A stretch of DNA of 64,000 bases from an uncultured Spirochaetota bacterium (GTDB lineage: Bacteria; Spirochaetota; Spirochaetia; SZUA-6; Fen-1364). Below, in pieces: positions 37,257 to 48,241 of the stretch (positions are counted from its first letter, which is position 1; each line of letters begins with the position of its first letter). A model generated the notes under the pieces. The model searched no databases, was not told where the DNA came from, and was given only the letters and a program-made list of their open reading frames with translations. Location of the stretch: positions 608,001 to 672,000 of the forward strand of contig CAWAHW010000004.1 in the NCBI GenBank assembly GCA_963781885.1, in the 5' to 3' direction. Position numbers and translations under genes: made by a program.

Positions 37257-38999
37257 TCAATCCAGCGTCCGCGGCCGAACCTCCGTTTCGATCTGGGAAA
37301 GGAAATCGGCAAGGGGAATGAGGTTCTTCTGCTCCCCCGCGCGCGTGCGCACGGACACGCTGCGGCCGTTCTGCTCCTTCTCACCGAGGATCAGCATGAA
37401 GGGCACCTTCTGGTTCTGGGCGTTGCGGATCTTCGCATTCATGCGGTCGTCGCCGCTGTCGATCTGCGCGCGCACGCCGCGCCCCCGCAGCGCCTTCACC
37501 ACCTCTTCGGCATAGCCGACGAAGGCCGGCGCAACGGGTATCGCCACCGCCTGCACGGGTGCAAGCCACGCGGGGAAGGCGCCGCCGTAATGCTCCACGA
37601 GCACGCCGAAGAATCTCTCCATCGAGCCCAGGAGCGCGCGATGCACCATGAACGGCCTTTTTTGCGTGTTGTCGGAGGCGACATAGGTGATGCCGAAACG
37701 CTCGGGCTCGTTCCAGTCGAACTGTATCGTCGTCATCTGCCATTCCCGGCCGAGGGCGTCCTTGATCTTCAGGTCGATCTTTGGGCCGTAGAATGCCCCT
37801 CCACCCTCGTCCATCACGACGTCCAGCTTTTCCGTCTCTGCCGCGCGCCGCAGCGACGCGATGGCCTTCTCCCATGTCGCGTCGTCGCCGATGCCGCCGG
37901 CGGGCTTCGTGGCGAGGTACGCCTTGATGTCCGTGAATCCGAATGCCTTCCAGATCTTCAGGGAGAAGCGCAGCACCTCGAGGATCTCGTCGTCGATCTG
38001 CTCGGGCGTGCAGATAATATGCGCATCGTCCTGCGTGAAGCCGCGCACGCGCAGGAGGCCGTGGAGGACGCCGGACTTTTCGTAGCGATACACGGTGCCC
38101 AGCTCCGCCCAGCGCAGGGGCAGGTCCCGGTAGGAGCGCTGCTGGTTCTTGTAGATCATGAGGTGGAAGGGGCAGTTCATCGGCTTGAGGTAGTAATCCA
38201 CGTCGTCGATGGACAGGGGCGCGTACATGTTCTGCTTGTAGAAGCCGAGGTGGCCGGAGGTCTCCCACAGCCACCCCTTGCCGATGTGCGGGGTGTAGAG
38301 AAGCTCGTAGCCGTTCTTCAAATGCTCGGAGCGCCAGAAGTCCTCGATGGCAAGGCGCACGCGGGCGCCCTTGGGGTGCCAGTAGATGAGCCCGGCGCCG
38401 GCTTCCTCGTGGATGGAATACAGGTCGAGCTCCCTGCCCAGCCTGCGGTGGTCGCGCTTCTCGATCTCCTCCAGCTTTTTCAGGTGCGCGTCGAGCTCGG
38501 CGCGGGACTGCCAGGCGGTTCCATAGATGCGCTGGAGCATCTTGTTCTTTTCATCGCCGCGCCAGTATGCCCCCGCAATGGAGGTGAGCTTGAAGGCATC
38601 GGGCTTCAAGGCGCTCGTGTCGGCGACATGGGGGCCGCGGCAAAGATCGGTGAAGGTGTCCTGCGTGTACGTGGAGATTTGCTCGCCTTCGGGAAAGTCT
38701 GCAATCAGCTCCAGCTTGTATGGCTGGTCCTTGAACAGGTGCTGCGCAGCCTCCCTGCTCACCACGGCGCGCGAGAAGGCGTGGTTGCCGGCGACGATGT
38801 CGCGCATGCGCTTTTCGATCTCCGCAAGGTCCTCGCTCGTCACGGCGCGCGGGAGATCGAAATCGTAGTAGAAGCCGTCGTCGATGGCGGGCCCGATAGC
38901 AAGCTTCGCGCCCGGAAACATCTGCACCACGGCTTCCGCCATGACGTGAGAAAAGGAATGTCGGATCGCGTAGAGCGCGTCCTTCCGCGGATCGTCCAT
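37257..38999 (-). CDS. thrS: Threonine--tRNA ligase, short form without the N-terminal TGS domain
   Basis: IRHSFSHVMAEAV, DLCRGPH, RDHRRLG, KPMNCP, RVRGFTQDDAH, GAFYGPK. Confidence 0.98.
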   Translation of the reverse strand: MDDPRKDALYAIRHSFSHVMAEAVVQMFPGAKLAIGPAIDDGFYYDFDLPRAVTSEDLAEIEKRMRDIVAGNHAFSRAVVSREAAQHLFKDQPYKLELIADFPEGEQISTYTQDTFTDLCRGPHVADTSALKPDAFKLTSIAGAYWRGDEKNKMLQRIYGTAWQSRAELDAHLKKLEEIEKRDHRRLGRELDLYSIHEEAGAGLIYWHPKGARVRLAIEDFWRSEHLKNGYELLYTPHIGKGWLWETSGHLGFYKQNMYAPLSIDDVDYYLKPMNCPFHLMIYKNQQRSYRDLPLRWAELGTVYRYEKSGVLHGLLRVRGFTQDDAHIICTPEQIDDEILEVLRFSLKIWKAFGFTDIKAYLATKPAGGIGDDATWEKAIASLRRAAETEKLDVVMDEGGGAFYGPKIDLKIKDALGREWQMTTIQFDWNEPERFGITYVASDNTQKRPFMVHRALLGSMERFFGVLVEHYGGAFPAWLAPVQAVAIPVAPAFVGYAEEVVKALRGRGVRAQIDSGDDRMNAKIRNAQNQKVPFMLILGEKEQNGRSVSVRTRAGEQKNLIPLADFLSQIETEVRPRTLD

Positions 39000-39067
39000 C
39001 ACGGGCCTCCCCCGCCATGCCCGCCGCGGGAATACGCGGAAGGCTGGCATCAGTCGCTCCAGATGAC

Positions 39068-39446
39068 AAAGCCCCTTTCGGCTGGGCTCGTCCTCATCGT
39101 TGCCGCGGGCAAACTGCCCCGGCGCCAAGGACGAAAAGCCGACAGGGGCTTTCCGCGGTTCCACCTTGTTTCACGCCCGCCCCGACCGATTGCCACGGAG
39201 GACCGTGGCCGGGGGACGCGCGCGCTCTCTCTGCCCACTGACGGGGGACGACCGGCAGGCTCTTACTCGACCGCGCGAGCGATCTTTGGAGCCGCAGCTC
39301 GGGAGGGGTTTTCAGCGGGTGTCGTCCAGGCGCCTTGCAGCTCCCGCGCGCGACCGCGCGCTTCGGGCGCCCTCTCTCAGGCCGACTGTGGTGCGTGTCC
39401 GCCATGCGGTTCCCGGACCGGCCGCCTACTCGTCTCCGTCACAGCT
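39068..39446 (-). ncRNA. T-box riboswitch with Thr (ACC) specifier upstream of thrS
   Basis: GA motif TGACGGAG, AGTA, AGAGAG, GCTG loop, specifier GAAA-ACC (39309-39307), T-box AAGGTGGAACCGCG (39167-39154), antiterminator CGTCCTT and a competing hairpin. Promoter TTGACA-N18-GATACT starts at 39484. Confidence 0.88.
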
Positions 39447-39493
39447 TTGCCCGGAGTATCCGGAAAATCCGCCGCCGATGTCAAGTGGCCGCC

Positions 39494-39557
39494 GAATGCC
39501 ATGGCGTACCCTGGCCGCCGAATGCCATGGCGTACGAATGCCACGGAGTACCGTGGC
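39494..39557. repeat. Three REP-like palindromic units between divergent promoters
   Basis: GAATGCCATGGCGTAC twice and GAATGCCACGG-AGTA-CCGTGGC. Confidence 0.8.
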
Positions 39558-39608
39558 CGGCGTGGCCGCGTTGACACCTCCCCGGGCCGGCACTACACTC
39601 ACCCTTCG

Positions 39609-41001
39609 ATGAAACGCATCGACATCTACACGATCGACATCGGCGGCGGCCATATCGCCCCCGCCCAGGCGCTGAAACAGCAATTCGACATCATGGGATA
39701 CGAGGACCTCGAGGTGCGCGTCGTGAACCTCGGCATCGTCCTGCCGGCCACGTTCATGCGCTTCATCTACAAGCTCTACTGGGACAAGGCGCTGCGCTAC
39801 CCGCCCCTCATCAACGCATTCTACCGCGGGGCGGACAACCCGTTCATCATGAAGATCGTCGACCGTCTCCTGAGCATCCCAATCCTGCCGCGTTTCGTGC
39901 GATACCTGGAAAAGGAAAAGCCCGACCTGATCGTATCCACCTATTTCACCTTCACGCACTTCGTCGAGTTTCTCAAGCGCGTCGGGCAGATGGATGCCGT
40001 GGCGGTCGTGCTCAATCCCGAGCCATTCGATTCGCACTATATCTGGTTCTCCCAGGCCTTCGAATGGAGCATGGTCTTCTCCCACAAGTCCTACGAGGAG
40101 ATCATCGCCAAGGGCCTTCCCGCGGCAAAGGTCCGCGAGTTCCACTTTCCGATCAAGCCGAGCTATACCAGGCGGACGGAATCGAAGGCGGTCCTGCGGC
40201 GCCGCATCGGGGTCGCGCCGAAGCCATTCACGGTGCTTTTCTTTTTCGGCGCCGAGGGCGTCGGCCCGGTCCGCAAGCATATCAACGCCATGGTCGAGAA
40301 CGATCTTGCCGCCCAGGTCGTGGTGATCTGCGGCAAGAACGAGAAGCTGAAGGCGGAGCTGGACACGCTCGCCCGGGAGCTCACCGGGCCTCTCACACTC
40401 CACGTCCGCGGCTACGTGACGAATGTCTCCGAATACGTGGCCGCCGCGGACGTCGTGGTGGGCAAGTCGGGGCCCAACCAGGTCTTCGAGACGCTGCTGC
40501 AGAACAGGCCCCTTATCATCTCCAGCTACCTTGCGAATGAGAGGGAAACCTCGACGTGGGTCGTCGAGAACAAGGTGGGCTGGCTCACCCGCACGCCGAC
40601 GCACCTCACCGCGCTGCTGGCCCGGCTGGCATCGCACCCGTCGGTGATCAAGGAATACCAGGCGAACATCCGTGCGCTGAAGCTCCGTTCAGGGGCACCG
40701 GAGAATCTGCGAGTTCCTCTACGGCCTCGTGAGCCAGGATCGCGTGGTGAAGAAGAGGCCGATGGCGGATGCGATTCGACGGCTTCGGGAGGCCGTGCTC
40801 GCGGAGGGCGAGGCGTTGTCGCGCCGGTTCGATGCGTCCCAGGCTGAACGGCAGAAGCGCCGCGCAGATGCCCGCGTCACCGCCGGGAAGCGCCCGAATG
40901 TGCGCCACGCGGCAAAGCAACCGGCACCAAAAATCATCAAGCGGCCTTCCGCAGGCGCCGCCAAGCCCGCGGCCCGTCGCAAAGGTGGAAAGGCGCGCTG
41001 A
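39609..41001 (+). CDS. MGDG synthase/UgtP-like GT28 glycosyltransferase; probable 1-nt frameshift at ~40704
   Basis: IDIGGGH, PDLIVST, FFGAEG, VICGKN, GKSGPN. Removing one A gives GAPEICEFLYGLV and joins ORF 40729-41001. TTGACA-N17-TACACT promoter at 39571. Confidence 0.85.
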
Positions 41002-41076
41002 CGCGACGCGGTAATCCGCGTCATTCGACGCGACGCGGTAATCCGCGTCATTCGACGCGACGCGGTAATCCGCGTC
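41000..41076. repeat. About 3 x 27-bp palindromic REP-like tandem repeat between convergent genes
   Basis: Unit GACGCGACGCGG-TAAT-CCGCGTCATTC. Confidence 0.92.
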
Positions 41077-43055
41077 TACTTCCAGTCCCGGATGCGCTTC
41101 TCCAACGATGCCGCGGTGATCCCGAGGTGCTCGGCGATCTTCTGGTACGGCCCTGATTCGCCGAACCGGTCGATGCCTACCACCAGCGTCGTGGTATCAA
41201 AGGGGCCCTTCCAGCCGAAGGAGACACCCGCCTCGAAAATGACGAGCTTCGCAGCGGGAGGAACGAGTGATGCGCGGAAATCGGCCGGCTGCTTGGCGAG
41301 CAGCTCGCGGGAGAGCACGGACACCACGCGCACCTTCATATCGGTCAGGGCAGCCGCGGCCTGCAGCGCCACGGAAACTTCGGAACCTGTCGCGACGATC
41401 ACGACATCGGGCTTGCCGTCGCAGCTCTTCGCAATATAGGCGCCGCGCGCAATCGTCGTGCGCCAGTCGGGGTCCGCCTTGGGATACACGGCGATGCCCT
41501 GGCGCGTGAGTGCCAGCGCGCTCGGCCCGTCCGTCCGCCCCATCGCAATGCGCCACGCCATTTCCGTCTCTTCTGCATCACCCGGGCGCAGGAGCATGAG
41601 GTTGGGGATGGCACGGAGCGCCGCAAGGTGCTCCACGGGCTCGTGCGTCGGGCCGTCCTCGCCGACGAAGACCGAATCATGGGTGAGCACGTAGATCACG
41701 GGCAGCTTCGCGATGGCCGCGACCCGCACCGCCGGGCGCATGTAGTCGCTGAAAACCATGAACGTCGCGCAGAACGGCCGCAGCCCTCCGTGGTAGGCGA
41801 TGCCATTGCAGACAGCCGCCATGCCGTGCTCGCGGATGCCGAAATGAAAATTGCGCCCGAGCGGATTGGCCTTGCTGAAATCGCCCATGTCCTTGAGATT
41901 CGTACTATTCGACGGGGCGAGGTCGGCCGAGCCGCCGACCAGGTTCGGCACCACCTTTGCGATGGCGTTGAGCACCTGCCCGCCTGCAGCCCGGGTGGCA
42001 AGATTGTCCCCGAGCTTGAAGACCGGCATGGTGGCTTTGGAGAGGTCCGCCCCGCGGGCAAAGCAGAGATCCCATTCCTTCACCTTGTCGGGGTTTTCCG
42101 CACGCCAGGCGGCGAAGCTCTTCTTCCACTCATCGTAATGGGTCTTCCATTCCGGCTGCTTCGCCTTGAAATAGGCGGGGGCATCGGGGAAGACGTAGAA
42201 CTGGCTTCCGTCGGGAACGCCGATGGCCTTTTTCGCGCCTGCGGCTTCCTCCGCCCCGAGGGGCTCGCCATGTGCCTTTGCCGTGCCGGCGCGCGTGGGG
42301 GCGCCCTTGCCGATCACGGATTGCAGGAGGATGAACGTCGGGCGATCCGCGGCGGCCTTCGCGGTCTGCACCATCCCCATGATGCCTTCCAGGTCGTACA
42401 TGCTGCCGGACATTGTGCGCCAGCCGTAGCCCTCGTAGCGCTTCATGACGTTTTCGGAAAAGGCAAGATCGGTGGAGCCTTCGATCGTGATGCGGTTCGA
42501 ATCGTAGAAGACGATGAGCTTTCCCAGGCCGAGGTGCCCGGCGAGCGACGATGCCTCGGAGGCCACTCCTTCCATCATATCGCCGTCGCTCGCCAGGACG
42601 TAGGTCCAGTGGTCGATGATGGCGCGCGTCGGCGTGTTGAAGCGCGCGGCGAGGATCCGCTCCGCGATGGCCATGCCCACCGCATTGGAGATGCCCTGTC
42701 CGAGCGGTCCACCCGTGGCTTCCACGCCGGGGGTCACGCCCCACTCGGGATGACCGGGCGTCCGCGAGCCAAGCTGGCGGAAACCCTTGATGTCGTCGAG
42801 GCTGAGGTCGTACCCCGAGAGGTGGAGGAGGGCATAGAGCAGCATGCAGCCGTGGCCCGCTGACAACACGAACCTGTCCCGATTGATCCAGCCCGGATCC
42901 TGCGGCCAATGATGGAGCAGCTCGCCGTAGACGAGCGCCCCGAGCTCCGCGCATCCCATGGGAAGACCGGGATGTCCCGATTTCGCCTTCTCCACCGCGT
43001 CGATCGCAAGCGATCTGACGCTGTTTGCAACCGCCGTCAAAGCCGCAGAGTTCAT
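41076..43055 (-). CDS. tkt: Transketolase
   Basis: [43 protein letters not shown]; ATGA overlap with the upstream gene. Confidence 0.98.
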   Translation of the reverse strand: MNSAALTAVANSVRSLAIDAVEKAKSGHPGLPMGCAELGALVYGELLHHWPQDPGWINRDRFVLSAGHGCMLLYALLHLSGYDLSLDDIKGFRQLGSRTPGHPEWGVTPGVEATGGPLGQGISNAVGMAIAERILAARFNTPTRAIIDHWTYVLASDGDMMEGVASEASSLAGHLGLGKLIVFYDSNRITIEGSTDLAFSENVMKRYEGYGWRTMSGSMYDLEGIMGMVQTAKAAADRPTFILLQSVIGKGAPTRAGTAKAHGEPLGAEEAAGAKKAIGVPDGSQFYVFPDAPAYFKAKQPEWKTHYDEWKKSFAAWRAENPDKVKEWDLCFARGADLSKATMPVFKLGDNLATRAAGGQVLNAIAKVVPNLVGGSADLAPSNSTNLKDMGDFSKANPLGRNFHFGIREHGMAAVCNGIAYHGGLRPFCATFMVFSDYMRPAVRVAAIAKLPVIYVLTHDSVFVGEDGPTHEPVEHLAALRAIPNLMLLRPGDAEETEMAWRIAMGRTDGPSALALTRQGIAVYPKADPDWRTTIARGAYIAKSCDGKPDVVIVATGSEVSVALQAAAALTDMKVRVVSVLSRELLAKQPADFRASLVPPAAKLVIFEAGVSFGWKGPFDTTTLVVGIDRFGESGPYQKIAEHLGITAASLEKRIRDWK

Positions 43056-43777
43056 CTCGTCCTCCATGTAATTTCCGTTCGTTCTTCCGTGATGTCGATC
43101 AGGGCGTAGCGCCCGTTCTTGTAGGGGCCGACGTTGACGCAGGTCACCCCGCCGAGAGAATCCTCGCCCGCTGCTTCGTGGATATGCCCGCAGATGCAGA
43201 GATTCACCCGGCCGCTCCTGGCGGCATTCCGGGAGCCGCTCAACTCCGCGGCGGGCCGCGGAAGGGCGGCATTCCGAGGGCCGCTCAGCAGAAACTCCCG
43301 CACCGGTACGGAGCCCACGTGCATGCGGGTGAAGCTCTTGTCGATTTCCGTGGCGTGGGGTGGTGCGTGGGATACGAGAACCTTGCAGGGGGCGTCAGAA
43401 ATCTGCGCCCATCCTTCCGCGAGACAGCGCGCGGCCTCTTCCGGCGGGAGCTCCCACGGCGTGCGGAATGGCGACGGGGTGCCGCCGCCCAGCCCCATGA
43501 AACCGACGCCGTCTATGACGACTCCCCGTGCGTGAATGTCGATTCCCTTGTCGCCGAGATAGCGACGTACGCCTTCCCGGTCCATATTCCCGCCGACGGC
43601 GACCATGCGAACGCCCGCGCCCACCAGGGGGCCAAGAACGGCCTCCGCCTCCGCGTAGTCGCCTAGATGGGTGATGTCCCCGACGATGACCACGACGTCC
43701 ACCCCGGGATTCCGGGCCAGGACCGACTCCAGCCCCGCGGCCTCCCCATGAATGTCAGAAAGGCAGAGGAGCTTCAT
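43052..43777 (-). CDS. Calcineurin-like metallophosphoesterase
   Basis: SDIHG, GDIT, GNMD, SHAPP, GHIHE; carries a ~23-aa repeat-derived insertion. Confidence 0.92.
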   Translation of the reverse strand: MKLLCLSDIHGEAAGLESVLARNPGVDVVVIVGDITHLGDYAEAEAVLGPLVGAGVRMVAVGGNMDREGVRRYLGDKGIDIHARGVVIDGVGFMGLGGGTPSPFRTPWELPPEEAARCLAEGWAQISDAPCKVLVSHAPPHATEIDKSFTRMHVGSVPVREFLLSGPRNAALPRPAAELSGSRNAARSGRVNLCICGHIHEAAGEDSLGGVTCVNVGPYKNGRYALIDITEERTEITWRTR

Positions 43778-43783
43778 GTCCGT

Positions 43784-45289
43784 CTAGTGGTGCCGCCTTC
43801 GATGCTTCTTGTGCTTCCGGGAGCCGGTGTTCCCGGGGAAAGCCACGACGTTCGCCGGTGCCGATGCAGGCTGCGCGGCCGCCTCCGTGGCAAGCGCGCC
43901 GACGCCCGCGGCAGGCTCCGCGACGGGTTCCGTCGGAACGAATCCCTCGTCGGCTTCCTCCGCTTCCGCCTCTCCCTCGTCCGCCGATTCCGGCGCCCTT
44001 TCCACGGCGAGTGCCTTCTCCGTGGGCGCGATTCCGTACTTCGAAAGCTCGCTGGCCTTGCGCCTCTTGTCGCGGCTCTTCGTCCACTCGATGACGATGA
44101 AGGCCGAGATGAATGTCGAGTAGGTTCCTTCCACGATACCGACGATCATGTTGATCGCGAAGTTCTTGATGGTCCCCGTGGTGAGGATGGCCAGCGCGAT
44201 CACCGTGAGGAGCGTCGCCCCCGACGTGATGAATGTCCGGCTCAGCGTCTGCGTGACGCTCGTATCGAGGATCGTCCGCAGCGATTCACCGCGCATGAGG
44301 GAGTTGTTCTCCCGCGCGCGGTCGAAGTTGACGATGGTGTCATTGATCGAGTAGCCGAGTATCGTGAGGATGGCCGCGATGGTGCCGGCGTCGATTTCGA
44401 TGCGGAACACCGCGTCGAAGGACAGCATGACCAGCGCGTCGTGCAGGATGCCGAGGACTGCCGCGGCGGCGTAGATCCACGGGTGGAACCTGAATGACAT
44501 GTAGAGCAGGATGAGGGCGACCGCGATCAGGACCAGCCATATCGTCTGCGATGCCAGCGACTGTGCCATGCGCGGACCGACGAACTCGGTGCTCTTGATG
44601 ATGACCTGGCCCGTTCCATATCGGCCTTCCAGGGCGGCCAGGAGCGCGTTCTGGGTATCCGTCTGGAAGGTCTGCTCCGAGGTCCCCGCCTGCACGGGGA
44701 ATCGCGCGATGAACTCCTGGTTGGCAGGCACGCCGACCGCCTGGAGATTGTTCTCTCCCATGGTGGCAAGAAGGGCCCGGATGGCGGAGATGTCCGTCTC
44801 GACGCCGCGGCCGGCGCCCGGCGTCCTGTTGATCGTATACGGCGTTCCCGTGATCACCGCGGGGCGCGGGAGAGGAAGCAGCTCCGTCGGCGCGATGGTG
44901 GCATCGCCCTTCAGGACTACGCTTATTCCTTTTACCTGCTTCTGGATGGCGTCCGTGAGGTCTTTCACGGTGGCAAAGTTCTTGTAGACGAAGGGGAAAC
45001 TGGTGACGTTCCCGTTCGTTGCATTGGTCACCTTGAAGATGATGTCGCCGGGGGAGGTGATGGCCTGCTCGCCCGCCGGGATCGATATCTCCACCTTGTC
45101 GGGACCGGTGTACAGGACCGTGAAGCTCGCGGGGGCGACCTGGAACTGGAACGCGATACCCGCCTTGAAATCGACGCCGAGATTGAGGCCGTGATTGATG
45201 ATGTACCCGCTGATCCCGATGAGGATCAGGAGCGCCGAGAAGGCGAAGAAATAGTAGCGTGCACGTGAAAACCGTATGACTCGCTTCAT
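43784..45289 (-). CDS. secF: Protein translocase subunit SecF
   Basis: NLGVDFKAG, VGP, LHD, GYSINDTIVNFDRARE, TLSRT. Confidence 0.96.
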   Translation of the reverse strand: MKRVIRFSRARYYFFAFSALLILIGISGYIINHGLNLGVDFKAGIAFQFQVAPASFTVLYTGPDKVEISIPAGEQAITSPGDIIFKVTNATNGNVTSFPFVYKNFATVKDLTDAIQKQVKGISVVLKGDATIAPTELLPLPRPAVITGTPYTINRTPGAGRGVETDISAIRALLATMGENNLQAVGVPANQEFIARFPVQAGTSEQTFQTDTQNALLAALEGRYGTGQVIIKSTEFVGPRMAQSLASQTIWLVLIAVALILLYMSFRFHPWIYAAAAVLGILHDALVMLSFDAVFRIEIDAGTIAAILTILGYSINDTIVNFDRARENNSLMRGESLRTILDTSVTQTLSRTFITSGATLLTVIALAILTTGTIKNFAINMIVGIVEGTYSTFISAFIVIEWTKSRDKRRKASELSKYGIAPTEKALAVERAPESADEGEAEAEEADEGFVPTEPVAEPAAGVGALATEAAAQPASAPANVVAFPGNTGSRKHKKHRRRHH

Positions 45290-47025
45290 GCGATCTTTCT
45301 CCAGGTGAGCCGGATCCGCTTCGTGTGGAGCACGTCGAGCTCGAAGTCGAAGATGAGCCGGGAGACGAACACCGCGGCGAACAGCGTGGCGACGTTGCCG
45401 ATCAGGAGCGTCCAGGCGAAGCCCTGGATGCTGCCCTTGCCGAGCTGCGTCAGGACGAGGGCCGCGATGATGGTCGTCACGTTCGAGTCGAGGATTGCAC
45501 TGAAGGCGCGTGAGAACCCGTGACTCACGATGGCCTGCGTCGTCTTGCCCAGCCGCGTCTCCTCCTTCATCCTCTCGAAGATCAGCACGTTCGCGTCCAC
45601 GGCCATACCGATCGTGAGCACGAGACCCGCGATGGAGGCGAGGGTGAGCGTGAAGCCGAAGACGGAGAGCACGGCGACGTTGATGTAGAGATGGAGGAGC
45701 TGCGCGATCACCGCGTTGAGGCCCGCGCGCCGGTAGTAGAGGAGCATGAAGAGCATGACGAGGCCGATCCCGATGACACTCGCCTTGATGCCCTGCGTGA
45801 TCGCGTCCTGCCCCAGCGACGCGCCGACTGCCTGCTGGCTGGTGATCTCCAGCGGCACCGGGAAGGAGCCCGTGCGCAACGTCAGCGCGAGATCGGTCGC
45901 CTCCGAGGCGCCGAATCCGTGCACGGCGACCGACGAGCGGATCGCGTCTTCGATCGTCGCCTGCGCCTTCACCTTGTTGTCCAGCGCGACGGCAAGGCGC
46001 TTGCCCTTGTTCGCGCTCGTGAGGTTGTAGAATGTCTCACCGCCCGCGTTCGTGAGCAGGAAGTTGACCTCGGGCTGTCCCGTGAGCGGATCCCGCACCA
46101 CCTGGGCGCTCGTGATCTCCGCGCCGTTCAGCCCGACCTCTTCCTTCAGCACCGTGTAGCCTTTCAGCTCGTCCAGGCCGTAGGAGTCCTTCTGGAAGAA
46201 GCCGCGGAGCACGTCGCCCTTGGGGACGACGGCGAGCACCGCCTGGTCCTGCACGTCGCCCGCGGCGTCGATGAGCACGCCGGGATGCTGCGCTTCGTAG
46301 GCCTTCACGGCCGCCAGCCCGTCCTCGTCCACGATGTGGAAGGTGAGCGAGCCTTTGCCCTGGATGAACCGGCGCACGTTCTCGGGGTCCGAGGTACCGG
46401 GGATCTCGATGACGATCCGATCATCGCCCTGGGAGGTGATGGAGGGGTCGGTGAGGCCGAACTGGTCCACCTTGTTCCTCAAAACTTCCAGGGTCTGCGC
46501 CATCTTGTCCTTGCGGTCGGCGGCGCTGAGGCCCTTCTTGTTCACCTGCTCCCAGGTGGCATAATCCAGCTGCACGGTGACGTACATGCCGCCGCGCAGG
46601 TCGAGACCGAGCTGCATGGTCTGGTTCTTAAGGTTCTTCAGGGCGATGATCTTGTCGCGATACCAGCCCTCGGCGTCCGAGGTGATGTCATCCCGGCTGC
46701 TGTACGCCTGCAGGACGCTCTGGATCGTCCAGGTGGCAGGGACGGTCCGACCGGCGCTCTGGTAGCGCAGCTTCGCCTTGTCGATGAGGAAGGAGTACTC
46801 CGCGGGCAGGGGATCGTTCGCGTTCGTGGCGACAAGCTTCTCCAACTGGGAGACTGCCTGGGAAGCCTCCTCCTGCGCATAGACCTTGATCTGCGTCCGG
46901 GAGCTTTCCGCCATGTCCTTCTCGGCCTGTGGCGTCTGAAAATACCACTGGATGGAAGGCTGGACAAAATAGTAGCCCACCGCGAGCACCGCGATGACAA
47001 TGAGGAACCGGTAGCGCTTTTTCAT
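45286..47025 (-). CDS. secD: Protein translocase subunit SecD
   Basis: LGLDLRGG, VGASLG, GMAVDANVLIFER, ILDSNVTT. Confidence 0.97.
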   Translation of the reverse strand: MKKRYRFLIVIAVLAVGYYFVQPSIQWYFQTPQAEKDMAESSRTQIKVYAQEEASQAVSQLEKLVATNANDPLPAEYSFLIDKAKLRYQSAGRTVPATWTIQSVLQAYSSRDDITSDAEGWYRDKIIALKNLKNQTMQLGLDLRGGMYVTVQLDYATWEQVNKKGLSAADRKDKMAQTLEVLRNKVDQFGLTDPSITSQGDDRIVIEIPGTSDPENVRRFIQGKGSLTFHIVDEDGLAAVKAYEAQHPGVLIDAAGDVQDQAVLAVVPKGDVLRGFFQKDSYGLDELKGYTVLKEEVGLNGAEITSAQVVRDPLTGQPEVNFLLTNAGGETFYNLTSANKGKRLAVALDNKVKAQATIEDAIRSSVAVHGFGASEATDLALTLRTGSFPVPLEITSQQAVGASLGQDAITQGIKASVIGIGLVMLFMLLYYRRAGLNAVIAQLLHLYINVAVLSVFGFTLTLASIAGLVLTIGMAVDANVLIFERMKEETRLGKTTQAIVSHGFSRAFSAILDSNVTTIIAALVLTQLGKGSIQGFAWTLLIGNVATLFAAVFVSRLIFDFELDVLHTKRIRLTWRKIA

Positions 47026-47033
47026 GAAAGCTG

Positions 47034-47411
47034 TTACTCCTTGAAATCTCCCGATCCCGGTTCTTCCTTGCGCTCGAGAACCTGGGAGACGGCGCTCTTG
47101 GAGAACTTGATCTTCACGTTCTCATCGACCTTGATGATGACGACGTCGTCCTTCACTGAGTCGACAAATCCATGCTCGCCGCCGATGGTGACCACGCGGT
47201 CCCCGCGGCGGATGCTCGACAGCATCTTCTTCGCGTCTTTCTGCTTGCGGTTCTGAGGCCGGATCACCAGGAAGTAGAAGACCACGATGATCAACCCGAA
47301 GGTGACCAGCATGGTGACCAGTTGCGTGCCGCCGCCGCCCGTGGCCCCGCCCGTTCCCGATGCTTCCGTTCCGCCCAGGAGCAGCGGGAGAAAACTAGAT
47401 ATGCCTGTCAT
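47034..47411 (-). CDS. yajC: Preprotein translocase subunit YajC
   Basis: FYFLVIRPQ, GDRVVTIGG; directly upstream of secD. Confidence 0.96.
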   Translation of the reverse strand: MTGISSFLPLLLGGTEASGTGGATGGGGTQLVTMLVTFGLIIVVFYFLVIRPQNRKQKDAKKMLSSIRRGDRVVTIGGEHGFVDSVKDDVVIIKVDENVKIKFSKSAVSQVLERKEEPGSGDFKE

Positions 47412-47568
47412 ATGGTATCCTTAAAGGATGAAGATGAATAACCGCGCAAACATACCATAAAGCCGGAGTGAGCGTCAACACGGCATGCACTGTACTCGGT
47501 GCGTTTTCTTTGCCATGCAAAGCCGCGCAGATGCGCATGCGGTGAAGCGCGGCGGGCACCCCCGCGGG

Positions 47569-48231
47569 TCAGCCGCGTTTGCGGGCACGGATCATCCTCG
47601 AAACGGCCCGCAGCCGCCGTGTGAACACCGCCTCCACGCGCGTGGAGGCATCCCGCACCTCGCGCATGCGCTCCACGAGGTACTCCAGGGCGGCCCCTGT
47701 CTTTTCCATGTCCGCGAGCGGCATGTCGGTGAGGTCGGCGTCGGTCGCGCCGAGATCGGGCCCGGCCAGGCGGAGGATATCGCCGATCTCGGCAAGGGTG
47801 TAGTTGAATGCCTGCAGGTCCTTGATGAAGGAGAGATGGGTCACGTCGCCGGGCCGGTAGAGACGGAAGCCCCCCTCGGTGCGGCGGTGGGGAGCGATCA
47901 GGCCCTTTTCCTCCCAGAACTTGATCGTGCGTACATTGATGCCGCTCCTCTCCGCGAGCTCTCCAATGGTGAGAAAATCGCTGCGGGAGACGTAGCGTCC
48001 CTTCTCGTCCTTGACGGGCAGCCCGACGCTCCGCTTGATCTTCTGGATTTCCGGGAGGGCATAACCAAGGGAGGAGAACTTGCGGATCAGCTCCCCTTCC
48101 TCCACGGCGGATTCAGGGAACACGTCGGTCGCCCCCGGCAGCGGGGCGATCAGGTCATTGTCGGTCCATTCCTCCAGCTCCCGCGGGGTGATCCTGAGAC
48201 GCTGGAGCAGCTCGTCACGGGTCAGCTCCAC
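47569..48231 (-). CDS. MerR family regulator with two tandem HTH domains
   Basis: LTIGELAERSGINVRTIKFWEEKGLI...GFRLY, plus a degenerate N-terminal MerR HTH. Confidence 0.88.
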   Translation of the reverse strand: MELTRDELLQRLRITPRELEEWTDNDLIAPLPGATDVFPESAVEEGELIRKFSSLGYALPEIQKIKRSVGLPVKDEKGRYVSRSDFLTIGELAERSGINVRTIKFWEEKGLIAPHRRTEGGFRLYRPGDVTHLSFIKDLQAFNYTLAEIGDILRLAGPDLGATDADLTDMPLADMEKTGAALEYLVERMREVRDASTRVEAVFTRRLRAVSRMIRARKRG

Positions 48232-48241
48232 GAGACCCCCG

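Noticed and set aside
37053-40847. 1264-aa plus-strand ORF as a giant novel protein
   Set aside because: It is the antisense shadow of thrS and the T-box that happens to run in frame into the GT28 gene, which has its own promoter and ATG at 39609.
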